Below the pieces are notes generated by a model. It had not been told where the DNA came from and did no database searches. It saw nothing but the letters and a program-made list of their open reading frames with translations. Source: an uncultured Gemmatimonadaceae bacterium (GTDB lineage: Bacteria > Gemmatimonadota > Gemmatimonadetes > Gemmatimonadales > Gemmatimonadaceae). Taken from it: DNA of 64,000 bases. Each line of letters begins with the position of its first letter. The first letter of the stretch is position 1. The stretch lies in assembly GCA_963822945.1 (NCBI GenBank), contig CAWGJO010000020.1:672001-736000 (forward strand). The letters are read 5' to 3'. A program made the translations under genes and the position numbers. Of this stretch, positions 41,278 to 49,385 are shown in pieces.

Positions 41278-42873
41278 ATGAGCCGCTCCCGAAAATTCGC
41301 CGTCGCAGCCGCCCTCCTCATTCCGGCCCTCGCCGGGGGATTCGTTCTGGAATCCCACGCCAAAGGCGGCGGTGCGCTGTTACTGGACCAGGTGCTCTCA
41401 CTGGTTTCGGACCGCTACGTGGATTCGCTCCCCCCGGGGAACGTCTACGAGAAGGCGGCCACGGGCCTCGTGCGTGAGCTGAACGATCCATACAGCCAGC
41501 TCTTCACGCCCGAAGAGATGAAGAACTTCACCACCAATACCAGCGGCCACTACGGTGGTATTGGGATGCAGATCGAGAGCCAGAACGGGATCGTCACCGT
41601 CAGCAAGGTTTTCCCCAACACCCCCGCCGAGGCCGCCGGTGTGATCGAGGGCGATCAGATTCTCGGCGTGGACACGCTGTCCGCGCGCGGCTGGTCGCTC
41701 ACCCAGACCTCGGACTACCTCACCGGCACACCGGGCACCAAGGTGAAGGTCCGGTTCGGACGTCCCGGGGTGTCGCAGCCGATCACGATCGAATTCACCC
41801 GCGCAGTGATTCACGTGCCGGCCGTGCCGTACTCGCTCATGCTGGCCGGCAACATCGGGTACATCCCACTCCAACAGTTCAATGAGACGGCGGCCCGCGA
41901 CGTGGCCGAGGCCGCGCGCGCGCTGAAGAAGCAGGGTGCGCGCGGCATCATCCTCGACGAGCGCGGCAATCCCGGCGGGTACGTGGACCAGAGTCTCCAT
42001 CTGAGCGAGCTCTTCCTGAAGCCCGGCAAGGAGATTCTTTCCGTGCGGACTCGCACAGGGCCGCCGCAGGTGGACTCGACAGAGGGCACGCCCGAGTTCG
42101 GCTCGGTGCCACTGATCGTGCTCACCGACGGGTCCACCGCGTCCGCTGCGGAGATCGTCGCCGGCGCGTTGCAGGACCACGATCGCGCGCTGATCGTCGG
42201 ACAGACCTCGTTCGGCAAGGGACTGGTGCAGTCGGTGTTCCCGCTGGACGACGGGTACGCGCTCAAGCTGACGACCGGCAAATGGTACACGCCGAGCGGT
42301 CGTTCCATTCAGCGGGAGCGGAAGTTCGTGAACGGGCACTTCGTCCCGACTCCACCGGATTCGGCGGAGAGCGACCAGTCCAAGAAGAAGCGCCCGGCGT
42401 TCAAGTCGGACGATGGGCGCGTCGTCTACGGAGGCGGCGGGATCACGCCCGACGTCATCGTGCCCGACGACACACTGACCACGCCGGAGCAGCGGCTTGC
42501 CCGGGCGCTGGCGCCGAAGTCACAGGTCGTCTACGTCACCCTGTATGCGTTCGCGCTCGACCTGTCGCACCACCTGGAGCGCGGCTTCACGTACCAGCCG
42601 GCGTGGCGCGCCGATTTCATCAAGCGGCTGACCGCCAAGGGAGTGGACGTCGACCCCAAGCTGTACGCCGCCGCCCCGCAGTACCTGGACCGGCTGATCG
42701 AAGATCGCGTATCGCGATTCGTGGAAGGCGATTCCACGGCGAAGCGGCGCGAACTGCGGTACGACGCACCGCTCGAACGTGCCATTCAGTTGATGGAGAA
42801 GGCCCGGAACCAGCAGGATCTGTTCAGAGTCGCCGACGTGTTGCCGCCGGCGGCGCCCCCCAAGAAACCCTGA
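41278..42873 (+). CDS. S41 C-terminal processing peptidase (CtpA/Prc-like) with PDZ
   Basis: LNDPYS, GGIG PDZ, DERGNPGG, TASAAEIVAGALQD, SFGKGLVQ, WYTPSGRSIQ, GGITPD. Confidence 0.93.
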   Translation: MSRSRKFAVAAALLIPALAGGFVLESHAKGGGALLLDQVLSLVSDRYVDSLPPGNVYEKAATGLVRELNDPYSQLFTPEEMKNFTTNTSGHYGGIGMQIESQNGIVTVSKVFPNTPAEAAGVIEGDQILGVDTLSARGWSLTQTSDYLTGTPGTKVKVRFGRPGVSQPITIEFTRAVIHVPAVPYSLMLAGNIGYIPLQQFNETAARDVAEAARALKKQGARGIILDERGNPGGYVDQSLHLSELFLKPGKEILSVRTRTGPPQVDSTEGTPEFGSVPLIVLTDGSTASAAEIVAGALQDHDRALIVGQTSFGKGLVQSVFPLDDGYALKLTTGKWYTPSGRSIQRERKFVNGHFVPTPPDSAESDQSKKKRPAFKSDDGRVVYGGGGITPDVIVPDDTLTTPEQRLARALAPKSQVVYVTLYAFALDLSHHLERGFTYQPAWRADFIKRLTAKGVDVDPKLYAAAPQYLDRLIEDRVSRFVEGDSTAKRRELRYDAPLERAIQLMEKARNQQDLFRVADVLPPAAPPKKP

Positions 42874-42881
42874 GGTCCCCC

Positions 42882-43925
42882 ATGCGGCCGTCCCGGATTG
42901 CCGCCGTCGCGTTGGCGACGGCGGCCCTTGCCTGTGCCCACCAGAACTCAGTCGTCACCGTGGCCCCGTTCCCGGGCGAGCACCACCTGACCAACATCCG
43001 CCAACTCACGTTCGGCGGCGAGAACGCCGAGGCGTATTTCAGCAGCGACGGCCAGCGCCTCATCTTCCAGTCCACGCGCGACGGGCGGACCTGCGACCAG
43101 CAGTTCGTCATGAACGTCGACGGCTCCAACGTCCACCGCGTGTCCACCGGCACCGGCAAGACCACGTGCGGCTACTTCTTCGGTAACGACCGGAAGATCT
43201 TCTTCGCGTCCACCCATGCCGTCGACACGACCTGCCCGCCGCGTCCCGATCCGTCCAAGGGATACGTCTGGCGCCTCGACCCATTCGACATCTACACGGC
43301 CAATGCCGACGGCAGCGGCCTCGAGCGGCTCACCAAGTACGGCGTGTACACCGCCGAGGGGACGCTCTCGCCCGATGGGCAGTCCATCGTCTTCACGTCG
43401 CTCAAGGACGGCGACCTCGATATCTACACGATGAAGATCGACGGGAGCGACGTGAAACGGTTGACGGATACGCCGGGCTATGACGGCGGCCCCTTCTATT
43501 CCCCCGATGGCACCAAGATCGTCTACCGGGCCTGGCATCCGGCGGACACGGCGCTCACCAACTATCAGAAGTTGCTCCACGAAGGTCTGGTGCGGCCCAA
43601 CCGGATGGAGATCTGGGTGATGAACGCCGACGGCAGTGACCAGCACCAGGTGACCTCGCTGGGCGGTGCCAACTTCGCGCCGTACTTCACGCCCGACGGC
43701 AAGCGGATCATCTTCGCGTCGAACTACAAGAACCCGCACAGCCGGAACTTCGATCTATATCTCGTGAACCTCGACGGCTCCGGGCTCGAGCAGGTGACGA
43801 CGCATCCGGAGTTCGACGGTTTTCCGATGTTCAGCCCCGACGGCAGGCAGCTCGTCTGGGCCTCGGACCGGCACGGCGAGAACCTCGGCGAGACCGACAT
43901 CTTCGTCGCCGACTGGGTGCCCTGA
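42882..43925 (+). CDS. TolB-like PD40 beta-propeller lipoprotein
   Basis: Lipobox ALAC; QLTFGGENAEAYFS, repeated (F/Y)SPDG units, YDGGPF. Confidence 0.88.
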   Translation: MRPSRIAAVALATAALACAHQNSVVTVAPFPGEHHLTNIRQLTFGGENAEAYFSSDGQRLIFQSTRDGRTCDQQFVMNVDGSNVHRVSTGTGKTTCGYFFGNDRKIFFASTHAVDTTCPPRPDPSKGYVWRLDPFDIYTANADGSGLERLTKYGVYTAEGTLSPDGQSIVFTSLKDGDLDIYTMKIDGSDVKRLTDTPGYDGGPFYSPDGTKIVYRAWHPADTALTNYQKLLHEGLVRPNRMEIWVMNADGSDQHQVTSLGGANFAPYFTPDGKRIIFASNYKNPHSRNFDLYLVNLDGSGLEQVTTHPEFDGFPMFSPDGRQLVWASDRHGENLGETDIFVADWVP

Positions 43926-44183
43926 ACGGCCGTCGGGATCCGGAGCGGCCGCCGCCGACTCGTCGGCACCGTTCCGGGACTGTGACGATCCGAACCCGCG
44001 GCGTGTTGGTCGCGCTGAACGGATCGCAAAAACCGGACGGAACGAGACCGCGTGTCGCGTATCTGAACGTTGCCTATAAACTAGACACGCGTCACCTTGT
44101 TGGCTGCCGTTCGACGGATTGCTGAGTCGGCGGCTCGCTCGGTGCGACGCGGCGCCGAGCCTCTTCACACAAGTCCGGCACCG

Positions 44184-45707
44184 ATGGTCTTCGGCATCAG
44201 CGTCGTCGCGGCAATCGTCGCACTTCTCGCCACGCGCTGGCTAGCGCGCATCGCGCCGAGTCAGCGCGAGCCGAGTGTCGTCCCGATCACGTATCGCCCC
44301 GGCTCCGCCCCCCCGGTTCCTCGGGTGGGCGGTGTCGCCGTCTTCGTGGCCGCGCTCGTAGCCCTGGGCATTGCGGCCGCAGTTGGCGTTCCGGGAACGG
44401 GGGCGATACTTCGGCAGCCCGGCCTGTACGGTGGGATATTCGGTGGCGTCTCGCTGTTGCTCGCGGTGGGGCTCGCGGACGATTTCCTCGACCTCTCTCC
44501 CGCCATCAAGCTGCTCGCGCAGGGTCTGGCGGCGATGTTCGCGATTTCGGGCGGCCTCACGCTGCCGTTCGTGCAACTCGGCCCCCACACGACGATCACG
44601 CTCGGATGGGTGGGCATCCCGGTCACGCTGTTCTGGATCATCGCCGTTACCAACGCGTTCAACTTCATCGACGGGCTCGACGGCCTCGCGACGAGCATCG
44701 GCGTCGTCGGGTTCGGCGCGACCCTCGTCTCGGCGGCGATCCTCGGGCACTCGGATATCGTCATTCTCACCGCGGTGCTCATCGGCGCATTGCTGGGGTT
44801 CCTGCGGTACAATTTCGCGCCGGCCCGGATCTACCTGGGTGATTGCGGCAGTCTCCTCATCGGTTATCTGCTCGCCACGCTGTCGGTGGTCGGGGCGACC
44901 TCGAGCGCGAATACCGTGCTCGTTTACGCGCCCCTGTTCACCCTCGCGCTACCGCTCCTCGACGGCACCGTGGCCATCGTCCGCCGCTGGCTGCGGCACA
45001 TGCCCGTCTGGAAGGGCGACCATCGCCATATTCACCACCGTGTGCAGGCGCTGGGGTTGAGCCGCCGGCAGACGGTGGGCGTGCTGGCCGGGACGGCAGT
45101 CATGTTTGCACTCGCCGGGTTGCTCACGTCCTTCGCGGCACCGAAGCTGTTCGAGACGACGGTTCTGCTCACGGTGCTGGTGACCGCCGGCGTCGCGGTG
45201 CTTGGACTCCGCCGGCTCGACTACTACGAATTCCGCGCCGTGCGCACGGCGTGGCGTCACCGGCCCAATTCCTGGCGGCGCTTCGTGCGCGAGGAGATCC
45301 GCATGCGGGACGCCGAACGCGAGTTGGCGACGGCGCGGGATCTGAACGAACTGCGCACCGGTCTCGATCGCTGCGCGCTGGCGTTCGGGCTCGATCGCAT
45401 CGAGATTTCACGACAACGTCCCCGACCTCGCCGGTCCTGGCGAGGGGAGCACCTCGATGTTCCGGCGGGCGTTTTCGATTCCAGTGGCACCGACCCGTGG
45501 ATCCTTCGCGTCTGGCATGGCGAGTATGATTCCCCGCGACCCGACCTCGTACAGCGCGTCGCCCACGTGCTGGCCGGCGCCTGCGGCCTCTGGTTGCGAG
45601 ACTATGGCCTCGCGGGCACGCCGGCGTGGACCGTGGCCGCCGCCCGCCATCCGTCGCACGAGGGGCCGACGCTCCCGCGGGGACGTCGCCAACTCGCCAA
45701 GGCATAA
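44184..45707 (+). CDS. WecA/TagO-like undecaprenyl-phosphate HexNAc-1-P transferase (MraY-like) with C-terminal extension
   Basis: PRVGG, GLADD, NAFNFIDGLDGLA, YNFAPARIYLGDCGS, DHRHIHH. Confidence 0.9.
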   Translation: MVFGISVVAAIVALLATRWLARIAPSQREPSVVPITYRPGSAPPVPRVGGVAVFVAALVALGIAAAVGVPGTGAILRQPGLYGGIFGGVSLLLAVGLADDFLDLSPAIKLLAQGLAAMFAISGGLTLPFVQLGPHTTITLGWVGIPVTLFWIIAVTNAFNFIDGLDGLATSIGVVGFGATLVSAAILGHSDIVILTAVLIGALLGFLRYNFAPARIYLGDCGSLLIGYLLATLSVVGATSSANTVLVYAPLFTLALPLLDGTVAIVRRWLRHMPVWKGDHRHIHHRVQALGLSRRQTVGVLAGTAVMFALAGLLTSFAAPKLFETTVLLTVLVTAGVAVLGLRRLDYYEFRAVRTAWRHRPNSWRRFVREEIRMRDAERELATARDLNELRTGLDRCALAFGLDRIEISRQRPRPRRSWRGEHLDVPAGVFDSSGTDPWILRVWHGEYDSPRPDLVQRVAHVLAGACGLWLRDYGLAGTPAWTVAAARHPSHEGPTLPRGRRQLAKA

Positions 45708-45713
45708 TCCGCC

Positions 45714-46025
45714 ATGTCGCGGGAGCCGGACGTGATCCCGCTCACGCTCGCGTCGCGAGTCTCGGCGGCGCCCGACCTGATGGCCAGTGATCTGGCCGGC
45801 GAAATGGTGCTGCTGAATCTCGCCGACGGCGTATACTACGGTCTGGATGCGGTGGGGGCACACGTCTGGCGATTGCTCGACCAGCCCCGTACCGTGCGCG
45901 CAGTCGTGGACGACGTCGTCGCGCTGTATCACGTGGACCGGACTCGGTGCGAGAATGACGTACTCACATTTCTCGAGGACCTCAGCGCGCACGGTCTGGT
46001 GGTCGTCGCGGCCGACGAGCCGTGA
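45714..46025 (+). CDS. PqqD-family RiPP recognition element (lasso B1)
   Basis: DLAGEMVLLNL..GVYYGLDAVGAHVWRLL...YHVDRTRCENDVLTFLEDL..HGLV. Confidence 0.9.
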   Translation: MSREPDVIPLTLASRVSAAPDLMASDLAGEMVLLNLADGVYYGLDAVGAHVWRLLDQPRTVRAVVDDVVALYHVDRTRCENDVLTFLEDLSAHGLVVVAADEP

Positions 46026-46052
46026 CGCGACCGCACTCGCGGTGAGTCCGCG

Positions 46053-47942
46053 GTGAGCGGATTCGTCGGACTCCTGGCCGGCGAGGGCGACGCCGTCGAT
46101 CCGCTCCTGCTGCACCGCCTCACCGACGGACTCTCGTACTTCGCGCCGGACGGCACCGCCGCGCGCACCAGCGGTCGCATCGGCCTCGGCTTTGCCGAGA
46201 GCCGGCACACGCCCGCGCACGCCGGCCAGCGTCCCCCACCGGTCTCGATGCCGGCCACCGACGACCGGGGCACGTGGGCCGTGGCCGATGCGAGCTTCAC
46301 CCAGCGCGACCGACTGGTGCGCGAACTCGGTGCCGTAGGACTCCGCCTCGACTCCGATGCCGGTGAGGCACAGCTCCTCCTCGCGGCTTATCGAGCCTGG
46401 GGAACGCGATGCGTCGAACACCTGCACGGCGACTTCGCCTTCGCCCTGTGGGACGACGTCCGCCACCGCCTCGTGCTCGGCCGCGATCGATTCGGCGTCG
46501 CACCGCTCTACTACGCGCACGCCGGCAGCACGCTCCTGTTCTCCAATTCGCTCGACCTCGTCCGCGCGCACCCGCTCGTCTCGTCCGCGTTGGACCCGGC
46601 CGCGATCGGGGACTTTCTCCGCATGGGCTCGAACACCGACCTCGCGACCACGGTCTTCAGCGCCGTCCGCTGCGTGCCGCCGGCCCACGTGCTCGTCGTC
46701 ACCGACGCCGCCACCCGGCTGACCCGCTACTGGGACCTGCCGACCGGTACCGCACTCGCCAACGCGCGCGTGGAGGAGTACGCCGAGCAGTTCTTCACCG
46801 TGCTTCAGGACGCCGTGGCCGATCGGCTTCTCGGACTCGACGATGCCGTGTTGTTCATGAGCGGCGGGCGTGACTCGACCGCCATCGCCGCCGCGGCGCG
46901 GTCGATCGTTCGCGGCCACCCCCCCGAACTGCACGCGGTGACGGCCGTATTCGACTATGCCCTGCCGGATCAGGAGCGGGAATACGCCGCCCTCGCCGCC
47001 GGTGCGCTGGACCTTCCGGTGGAGTTCGTGGCCCAGGATGAGTACCGGTGGTTCGAGGAGTGGGAGCGCGACGACCTCTGGCGTCCGGAACCGGTCGAGG
47101 CCCCGCTCCTGGCAGCCGAAACCGATTTCACCGCGCTCGCCGCGACCCGCGCCCGGGTGGCGCTCACGGGAGAAGGTGGCGACGCGGTGCTTCGCGAGCG
47201 GGAGTCGCATCTCGCGCGTCTGCTCATGGCGGGACGGTGGATCCGGGCCGGCATGGAGTCGCTGACGTACGTGCGCTGGCACCGTCGATTCCCACGGCCA
47301 GGATTCCGGCGGTTGCGCGCCCGCCGGCTGGGACTGGCATCGGTGCACCCCCCCGTTCCGCCCTGGTTGCGCCGGGACCTGATCGCGAGCGCCGGCCTGC
47401 AAGAGCGGTGGGCTGCTCTCGAATTCGAGGAGCGTCGCATCCCCGAGCCCGGCGCGTTGCGACCGGAGGCCTACACCAGACTCCGCTCCGGATTCTGGCC
47501 GCGGGGGTTCGAGGCGGAGCATCCGGCAGCCACCGGAATTCCACTGACCACGCGCCACCCCTATTTCGACGAGCGCGTGGTGGAATTCCTGCTCTCGCTG
47601 CCACCGGTGCAATGGGCCAACGACAAGGGAATTCTCGTGGCCGCGATGCGTGGCCGCCTGCCCGATCGTGTGCGGCTCCGGGGAAAGACACCGCTCGTCG
47701 GCGACGGCTACGAGATCGCGTTTGCTGCCGCCGGTCATGTGCGGCCGACACGTGAGGATTTTTGTGAGGAAGCCCTCGAGTACATCGATCCGGACGCACT
47801 TTTCGATCGGACGGCGGAGATGGACGCGTCCGATTCGTGGGATTGGACTCGGGCCTACAGCCTCTCGCTCTGGCTGTCGCGACGGACCGCGGGACGCGGG
47901 CTTCAACGCGCCGTCGCCGCGGCCCAACCCGATGCCCCGTGA
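46053..47942 (+). CDS. Lasso peptide cyclase (asparagine synthetase-like, C protein)
   Basis: N-terminus MSGFVG (no Cys1), GDFAFALWD, RDRFGVAPLYY, MSGGRDS ATP loop, LTGEGGD, HPYFDERVVEF; lies between the RRE and a lasso precursor. Confidence 0.85.
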   Translation: MSGFVGLLAGEGDAVDPLLLHRLTDGLSYFAPDGTAARTSGRIGLGFAESRHTPAHAGQRPPPVSMPATDDRGTWAVADASFTQRDRLVRELGAVGLRLDSDAGEAQLLLAAYRAWGTRCVEHLHGDFAFALWDDVRHRLVLGRDRFGVAPLYYAHAGSTLLFSNSLDLVRAHPLVSSALDPAAIGDFLRMGSNTDLATTVFSAVRCVPPAHVLVVTDAATRLTRYWDLPTGTALANARVEEYAEQFFTVLQDAVADRLLGLDDAVLFMSGGRDSTAIAAAARSIVRGHPPELHAVTAVFDYALPDQEREYAALAAGALDLPVEFVAQDEYRWFEEWERDDLWRPEPVEAPLLAAETDFTALAATRARVALTGEGGDAVLRERESHLARLLMAGRWIRAGMESLTYVRWHRRFPRPGFRRLRARRLGLASVHPPVPPWLRRDLIASAGLQERWAALEFEERRIPEPGALRPEAYTRLRSGFWPRGFEAEHPAATGIPLTTRHPYFDERVVEFLLSLPPVQWANDKGILVAAMRGRLPDRVRLRGKTPLVGDGYEIAFAAAGHVRPTREDFCEEALEYIDPDALFDRTAEMDASDSWDWTRAYSLSLWLSRRTAGRGLQRAVAAAQPDAP

Positions 47943-47983
47943 CCAGGAGCGCGGCATGTGACACCCGTCATGGCACGTATAGG

Positions 47984-48012
47984 GTGCAAAAGTCTATTGG
48001 CATTCATATACT
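47984..48012 (+). promoter_or_regulatory. Internal sigma70-like promoter for the precursor (GTGCAA-N17-TATACT)
   Basis: AT-rich patch in the 130-nt gap between cyclase and precursor; near-consensus -10 with 17-nt spacer. Confidence 0.55.
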
Positions 48013-48072
48013 TGCGCCGTGGCGACCGCACGCCGCCCCCAAGGCCTTCCGCGCTTCTCGATGAGACGCACC

Positions 48073-48279
48073 ATGAAACCGAGTACTGACGATTCGATCA
48101 AACACGCGAATGCGACACAGGCGTCATCACCCGTCGGTCGTCATTCCGTGAGCCCGGACGCCGACACCTATGTGCCGCCGCGTCTGCTCGTCTACGGGGT
48201 GGTCCGCGACCTCACGGCCTCGGGAGGCCGCGTGGGCAAGCACGACAAGGCGGTCAAGCACTCGCGGACCGGCTTCTAG
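48073..48279 (+). CDS. Lasso peptide precursor (A); predicted core SGGRVGKHDKAVKHSRTGF at 48220-48276
   Basis: Leader YVPPRLLVYGVVRDLTA places Y-17, P-14, L-12, G-8, T-2; core starts with Ser and has Asp9; start could also be 48061 or GTG 48148. Confidence 0.88.
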   Translation: MKPSTDDSIKHANATQASSPVGRHSVSPDADTYVPPRLLVYGVVRDLTASGGRVGKHDKAVKHSRTGF

Positions 48280-48364
48280 CCTGAGCGTCGAACGCGCCGT
48301 CGCGTTCGCCGGCCCCGGTGCCCTGTCGGGGAAGGAGCACGCAGCGTATCGTGCGCGCATCACC

Positions 48365-49348
48365 ATGGCGTCCTTCCATTCCCGCGCGTTCGGACTGCGC
48401 ATCGAATCCGATGCCCGCATTGCGGGCCTGCCGGCCGCGGCCGATGAAGCGCCGGCTGAGCTCCGGATTCACATGGGATCGTTGCCCGATACCTTCGATC
48501 CGGCCGACCCCGCAATTCGAGAAGTCTGGCATTCGGAGCCGAACGCCGGCGACGACGCGGATGCCGTCGCGCTGTTCGCCACGGACGACGGCGAGTGGCT
48601 GGTCCTGCTGTATGCCGACGGCACGCGTTTCGTGCTCGGGCACGCGGGCACCGAGATCTGGGCGACCTGGCCCGCCACGAGCTCCGAGGCGTCGACGGCG
48701 ACCTACCTGCTCGGGCCCGTCATCGGATTCGTACTCCGGCTGCGCGGACTCACCTGCTTCCACGCCAGCAGTGTCGTCATCGCCGGCCGGGCGATTCTCA
48801 TGCTCGGACCCGCCGGCATCGGCAAGTCGTCGATAGCGGCCGCGCTCGCACTGCGCGGGCATCGCGTGATCGGCGACGACATCGCCGTCGTGCGCCGGCA
48901 GAACGATCAGTGGGTCGTTGCCGCGGCGGTTCCCGGTGTGCGGCTGTGGGACGACATGGTGGAAACACTGCTCGGGCGGGCGGATGCTCTCCCGCTCCTG
49001 ACGCCCGGATGGGAGAAGCGCCAGCTGGACCTTCGCGATGCGCCGGCCGGGTTTGCGTCCGACGCCGCGGTTCCCCTCGGGGCCATCTACGCCCTCTCCA
49101 CGTCCGGCCCGGACGCGGAGCGCCTGCGCGGCCGGGAGGCGCTCCTCGCGCTGGTCGCGAACACGTACGCGAACGTACTGCTGACGCCGCAGATGCGTCG
49201 TGCGGAGTTCGCCGAACTCTCGTCGCTCGTTCAACGGGTGCCGGTGTGGCGGGTCGGCGTTCCCGACAGGTCGCAGGGGCTCGACGCATTCTGTGCATGC
49301 ATCGAGGCCGCGGGCGAGTCCTCGGACTACGGTCCCGGACTGCCATGA
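48365..49348 (+). CDS. HPr kinase-like P-loop kinase (lasso tailoring kinase type)
   Basis: YLLGPVIG, FHAS, Walker A GPAGIGKS, GDD motif, RLW. Confidence 0.82.
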   Translation: MASFHSRAFGLRIESDARIAGLPAAADEAPAELRIHMGSLPDTFDPADPAIREVWHSEPNAGDDADAVALFATDDGEWLVLLYADGTRFVLGHAGTEIWATWPATSSEASTATYLLGPVIGFVLRLRGLTCFHASSVVIAGRAILMLGPAGIGKSSIAAALALRGHRVIGDDIAVVRRQNDQWVVAAAVPGVRLWDDMVETLLGRADALPLLTPGWEKRQLDLRDAPAGFASDAAVPLGAIYALSTSGPDAERLRGREALLALVANTYANVLLTPQMRRAEFAELSSLVQRVPVWRVGVPDRSQGLDAFCACIEAAGESSDYGPGLP

Positions 49349-49385
49349 CGCACCCACGGGTCATCGTCTCGGGGTTCGAGAGCAC

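Noticed and set aside
41278..43925. S41 peptidase or TolB-like protein as the missing lasso leader protease
   Set aside because: Exported C-terminal-processing enzyme, separated from the cluster by a 258-nt gap; wrong compartment and specificity.
45714..46025. PQQ biosynthesis gene pqqD
   Set aside because: No pqqA/B/C/E nearby; context indicates a lasso RRE.
46053..47942. Housekeeping asparagine synthetase AsnB or EPS amidotransferase
   Set aside because: Lacks the N-terminal catalytic Cys (MSGFVG) and is flanked by an RRE and a canonical lasso precursor. An ammonia-dependent amidation role is not strictly excluded.
45408..47957. Long antisense or alternate-frame ORFs (849 aa here; also 18152-20314, 24490-26589, 1336-3129 and others)
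   Set aside because: Shadow ORFs expected at high GC; Arg/Pro/Gly-rich, motif-free and overlapping well-supported genes.
47968..48020. Sigma54 promoter before the precursor (TGGCAC / TGGCAT)
   Set aside because: Neither candidate has the required GG-N10-GC spacing.
48170..48364. Longer kinase ORF start at 48170, overlapping the precursor
   Set aside because: The extension overlaps the precursor in another frame and is not protein-like; ATG 48365 is more plausible.
48365..49348. Catabolite-repression HPrK/P
   Set aside because: No DRTGG-type N-domain or PTS gene context; it sits in a RiPP operon.
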